Source: Hyphochytrium catenoides (taxonomy: Eukaryota; Protista; Hyphochytriomycota). From it: DNA of 64,000 bases. Below the pieces are notes generated by a model that worked only from the letters and a program-made list of their open reading frames with translations, had not been told where the DNA came from and searched no databases. Position numbers and translations under genes: made by a program. The stretch lies in assembly GCA_900088475.1 (NCBI GenBank), contig FLMG01003321.1, forward strand, positions 1-64,000, written 5' to 3'. The number at the start of each line of letters is the position of its first letter. Position 1 is the stretch's first letter. Positions 59,701 through 64,000 of this stretch are shown one piece after another.

Positions 59701-62700
59701 GCCAGAAAAAGGGGAGAGCAGGAAGAGTCCATTCCATCAGCATCTGCTCTGGCTTTATCCTCACGCTCTGGTCCCATAAGTAGGGCACACAACGCCATCG
59801 GGTGCCAATCGGGGAAAAGTTGAGAGCTTAGCCGAAGAGCATCCTTCAAGGCCTCAACAGTAAGCCCAGTGACGGAGAAGGCCGTATAATCAACAGTCGT
59901 TGGCGAGACAGAGATGGATGTCGGTTGAGACGGCAATGTAGGTGTGAGAAGCTGAGCCCAGAGCCTTTTCATGACGCCTTTGCTCTTCGTTTCATGAATA
60001 TGAGATCCAAAATCTGTCCACCTACATTTCAGAGACAATTAAGGGTGAGCATGAACTGATCATTCCAGCTGCTCCCTATAGTACGAAGATGCAGAAGCAG
60101 CAACAGTGGCAGGTTTCGAAAGTGCCAGAGTACAAAAGGTAGTGCTGTCGGAAACCCAGTGACGAAAGTGAGACAAAGCGCTTTCGAAAGCTACTAGCTG
60201 GTTACCTGAATATGACAAATGGGCTTTGAGTGTTGCAGTTCGTCCCCTTAATCAGCTCCGCCTCCTTCATGCACCCAATCCCGGCAGCCACCACCAAGCC
60301 CGATGGGGAACGAAGCAAGTCGAACGAAGCGGGGAAAGAGGCCACTGGAGGAAGTATGGCCCTCCAGCTGTAGGGTTTAGCTCTCGTTTCCTCTCGCAGA
60401 CTCTCGTCTCCTCTCTTTTGTTGTTGTATGGGAACACGAGAGTACAAAGAGACGCTCTCTCCATCGCAGACAGCAAGCACGGGATGTAGGTGGTCAACAT
60501 CCCCCGGGCACCATTCAAACCGAGTAAAGCCGAATGGAGATGAAGTAGAGATGATTCCGTCTAAAAGAAACGAAAGGGAGGCAAGGTCTGCCTCAAAAAT
60601 GAAGATGCTGCTCTTGCATGCGTCGAAAGTGACAGCCAGAGTGGTCACATTCAGAACTTTGATGCATGAAATACCCCTCTCCAAAGTTTCATCACCTGCT
60701 TGAGGCTCCTCTCTTGCTTGTCTGCCGACAGGTGTAATAAAGCGTGGTGATTGCCCTCGTTCAAATCTCTGGCCGGGAGCTTGCAGGGTAATGGCAGCGG
60801 GGCTGTCCTTTACCTCTTTCTCAAAGGCTCCATAGGCATCTATAGAAACCAGCTGGAGGGAAGCAAGCCTTAGGTTATATCCCCACCCGACAGGAATGCG
60901 AGCGGCGCTCAAGGGAGAAAAAATCAAGTAGGTAACCAGAGGAAAGCCCCATGAGCAAAGAAATATGAATAGAGAGAGAAAGCGGGACCTGATCCCAAGA
61001 ATAGGGATACGGGAGGAAGGAAGGCATGCGTCTCGATTAAGTGAACATCGACAGTCAAGGGCATTTACCTCTTCCCAACTCAGATTATCTCCCTCCTCCT
61101 TCTGCCTGCCAGCCAAGGAGTAGACAAATAAAGTGCCTCCTTTAGTTGCCACGTAAAGGAATATGCTACTTTCTCCTGAGCTAATGAAGGCTGAAGGCTG
61201 GACCCAGGAAGAGACATACGAAACCTCATGATCTGCAAGCGAGGGAGGAGGGAATGGCTGGAAAATACAATCCTCTTTCATCTGGCTGTCCTTCATCAAC
61301 CTCCAACATTGGAGGCGGCTTGTGTCTCTTTCTATCCCTACTACGATCGCGTCACCTTCTCTCCTTTCGGAGCCGTTAGAAGAAGTAGAGATGTTCGGAT
61401 GGACAGAAGGGAATGTCAGAGCGAAGTTTAGCTTAGCATTGGTCGCGTGCAACTCTCCTACGAGTTCCCATCGCTGGAGGCGCTTCTGGCTTTGAGATTT
61501 TTCCAACAAGCCCCAATGTACCGGCACTTCAAAAGAGTGGCATCGTGTCCCATGGTAATACTCTTTAGAGCTTATTCTTCGAATCTTGCCCTTTCTGTCC
61601 CATTGTTCCTGTCCTCTGTTCTTAGCTTCATCCTCTCGCGTTGGGTCCGAGTATCCGCTGGCCTCTACTAAGGGTGAAGATGATAGTTGAAAGTATCGAC
61701 GAAATTTGAGCCTCATAATAGGCTCTCGCTTCAGGGAGTGAACCACAGCCAAAACCTCTGCCAAACTTTTGTCCCCGAGATCCCTGCCATTTATCCCAAT
61801 GAAAACATCAAATAACTCAATCTTGCCAGACTTTTGAGCTGGGAGATGACGGCCATCTTGCGGGTTCACCTGGCACCACAGCAGTGCAAAGATCAAATCC
61901 CAAAGGATACACCGGATCGCAACAAACTCTTAGGAATGACGCGAAATAAATGATCGACAATTGATAGTCCAAGGGGAGTGAGCAAAAAGCGGCTGAGTGG
62001 AAAGGCTACAGTCCAACGGACAAAGGCAAAATCATTAGAGAAAGGGAAGCCCAAAGATGACCCAAACAAGATGCTCTATGACTAGGTTTCAACTTCTAAT
62101 GAGCAATTTGAAGATCAGATCCGTGTAGGGGAACTACAGGGTAGGCAAGTCCAATTCTCCCAAATAGAGAGACAAAAAGACACGCCTGTATGTCAGCACT
62201 GAGACGGCCTCCATATTTCAAGCACCACTCCTACCTTAAATCGAGAGACTACCACATGATCTAGGAGCTGGTCAAGCACTATGCCCAGCCCTCCCTCTCG
62301 ATCAGGCTCCAGCTCCACCTCGAACTCTGTGAAGTCCTTCTTCTCTGGGGTTGATTGATGAGAAGAGAGAGCTGATAGAGCTTGAACGAAGAGCTTAGCT
62401 GTAGGAGGTCGAGGCAGGAGTGAGAACTGTTCGGCTGGCTGGAGGACCAGATCCAGCGAGCATCGGTAGAGCTTGAACCTCCCTGAAGGGTAGAACAGTA
62501 AAAGCTCTGGGAGCCGGTCGGTGAACCTGCCGTATCAATGGGATCCAGGGCAGACTCAGCAACCGCAGTGAAGAGATGTACACGGAAGGGCTAGACAAGA
62601 AGAGCGATGAGGAAACTCCGGTACAAAGAAGATAGCGGTTGGCCTTCGACAAATCTAAGGAACACTACAAGCAGGAATGGCCATAGCTTCCGAAGTAAGA

Positions 62701-64000
62701 CAGGAGAGCAAATACGTCTGCCATTCTACCTGCAACCGGTACCTACTACCCAGTCCATAATCATGACTGCCTCCTGGTCGACGGAGTAGAAGCATCCTGC
62801 AGGGAGAAGTTGGTCCGAGACAATCAAATTTTCCTGAGCCCACCATGTCATAACTTCAGTTACAACTTTTTGATCTCTCTGATCGTCCGAGGCGGTCCTT
62901 CCTTTCCCAATCATCTGATCTCCGTCCTGTAAATGTGCAAAAGTGGCGACAAGGGGCAAGGAAGGATGACAGCAGAGCGCCTCTATGGGTGCGATGTGGG
63001 GCCGCCACCACGCCTGACGATTAACCTTCGACATACTTCGCCGTTCGTTGAACTTGACCTAGGCAGTGTGAGGGAGAGTAGCATTAGAAGACCTTTTGAG
63101 GAATAGCGAAGATACATGGCCATTGAGAGGAGACAAAATGAGTTGTATCGGCACTTGTCAAGCTCTCTAAGTGAGTTGAAGGGCCATGTAACTCAGCTAA
63201 ATGAGGAGAACAATAGCTCCTTGAGTCTTTGCCAGGGAGTTGCTAGTCGAGGAAGCGAAATACGAACAAAGATGCACAGATTTAAAGCAGTAAGAGAGAT
63301 GAAAGACGAAGGGGAAGCAGGCGAAAAATGAAGGTCTTATGACATAGTCCGCCGGTGCTTGGGTCCTTCTTACATCTATGCTTGTTAACGCCCCATCTCC
63401 TCTCTGCAAGAGGACAGAGAGCCCAACAGGGAGGCCGCTTAAAGTGTGACGCATGTAGCCCGCCGCAAACGCTTTGGACAAATCTCCTCCCTTGGGGCCT
63501 CTCAGGTGAGATAGATCAAGCGTGAGGGAGAAAGAGGATGGGAAGACATCAGGTGACAGCTTAAGCGATGAGTCCAGCCCTCTGATGCACCACATATGCA
63601 GCTTAGAAGAGTGAATGCTGACTATCCAGTCGCACTGGTCCTTAGGCCAGAGAGCAAGCGAAAAGTTGTTAGGCCGAGCCGAGTATCAATGAGGGATGCA
63701 GTTGCTTTGGAAAGGGCTCTGACAAAGAATGAACGGATCTGAAACAACGGAAGGAGTGATCCTCTAACCTGACTATGATCTCCTTCTGGCACATTCTCAT
63801 CGTCAAGATTGCAGCGCAAGGCGTACATCCAGCTAACCACGCACGGAAATGAGGAGAGATGGGATAGTGCACTAGGCGGAGAAGGCAGTCCTGATATCTG
63901 AGCGCAGCAATGGAAATCCTTGTCAAGAGATGGCTCTACCCAGATGTAAGCAACTCCATCCTTGCAGACTAGCAAAAGACAAAGAAAGGTCAGCATTGTA
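50792..64000 (-). CDS. Giant RAV1/DMXL (rabconnectin-3 alpha)-like protein with PDZ, Rav1p_C, DEP and C2 domains; 5' end lies beyond the window
   Basis: WD-like segments (HPSLPLVAT, LPDWHP-like FPDWHPMAL). Rav1p_C signature AAVKNAYALLRKKYYSPAAAMFLL...DPSLAICVTRVVE and WPGLWIK. PDZ GLGIVL...PAQKSGKIELFDVFIGING. DEP CFRLGDACRWLV...GQVRHL...VYCF. C2 VQLIEAANL...SNPYAFI...VSPVW...DPFLG. Joining the C2 part (50792-~52630) to the rest is inferred. Confidence 0.75.

Noticed and set aside
63116-63331. 71-aa coiled-coil-like ORF antisense within a RAV1 intron
   Set aside because: Short, no homology recognised, and explainable by the purine-rich antisense of a pyrimidine-rich intron.
1-64000. Alternative genetic code or stop-codon readthrough suggested by fragmented ORFs
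   Set aside because: The breaks I checked are explained by canonical GT-AG introns in phase, and long exons translate cleanly in the standard code.

Overview
Gene-dense, intron-rich (GT-AG) eukaryotic nuclear DNA, probably from a flagellated protist. A stramenopile is my inference from gene content and style, not something the sequence proves. I can support about 17 protein-coding genes. In order: phosphatidylserine synthase, class-II-like eIF4E, mitochondrial EF-Ts, a 4-TM/ankyrin/tandem-TIR protein, a cysteine-synthase-like protein, an FAD-dependent oxidoreductase, a bacterial-type VOC/glyoxalase, VPS16, PIG-T, an unknown mitochondrial membrane protein, a CFAP161-calcyphosin fusion, BolA, CSN6, a SHAQKYF-type MYB, GlcNAc-6-P deacetylase, eIF2B-beta, and a giant RAV1/DMXL-like gene with PDZ, DEP and C2 domains that runs off the right end. 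The most notable item is the receptor-like TM-ANK-TIR-TIR protein, in which TIR1 keeps the putative catalytic Glu and TIR2 has Gln. Next are the RAV1-PDZ-DEP-C2 architecture, the CFAP161-calcyphosin fusion and a degenerate tRNA-like element. No CRISPR array, rRNA or recognisable transposon was seen. Exon structures were deduced by eye and domain calls come from motif recognition, not database searches.
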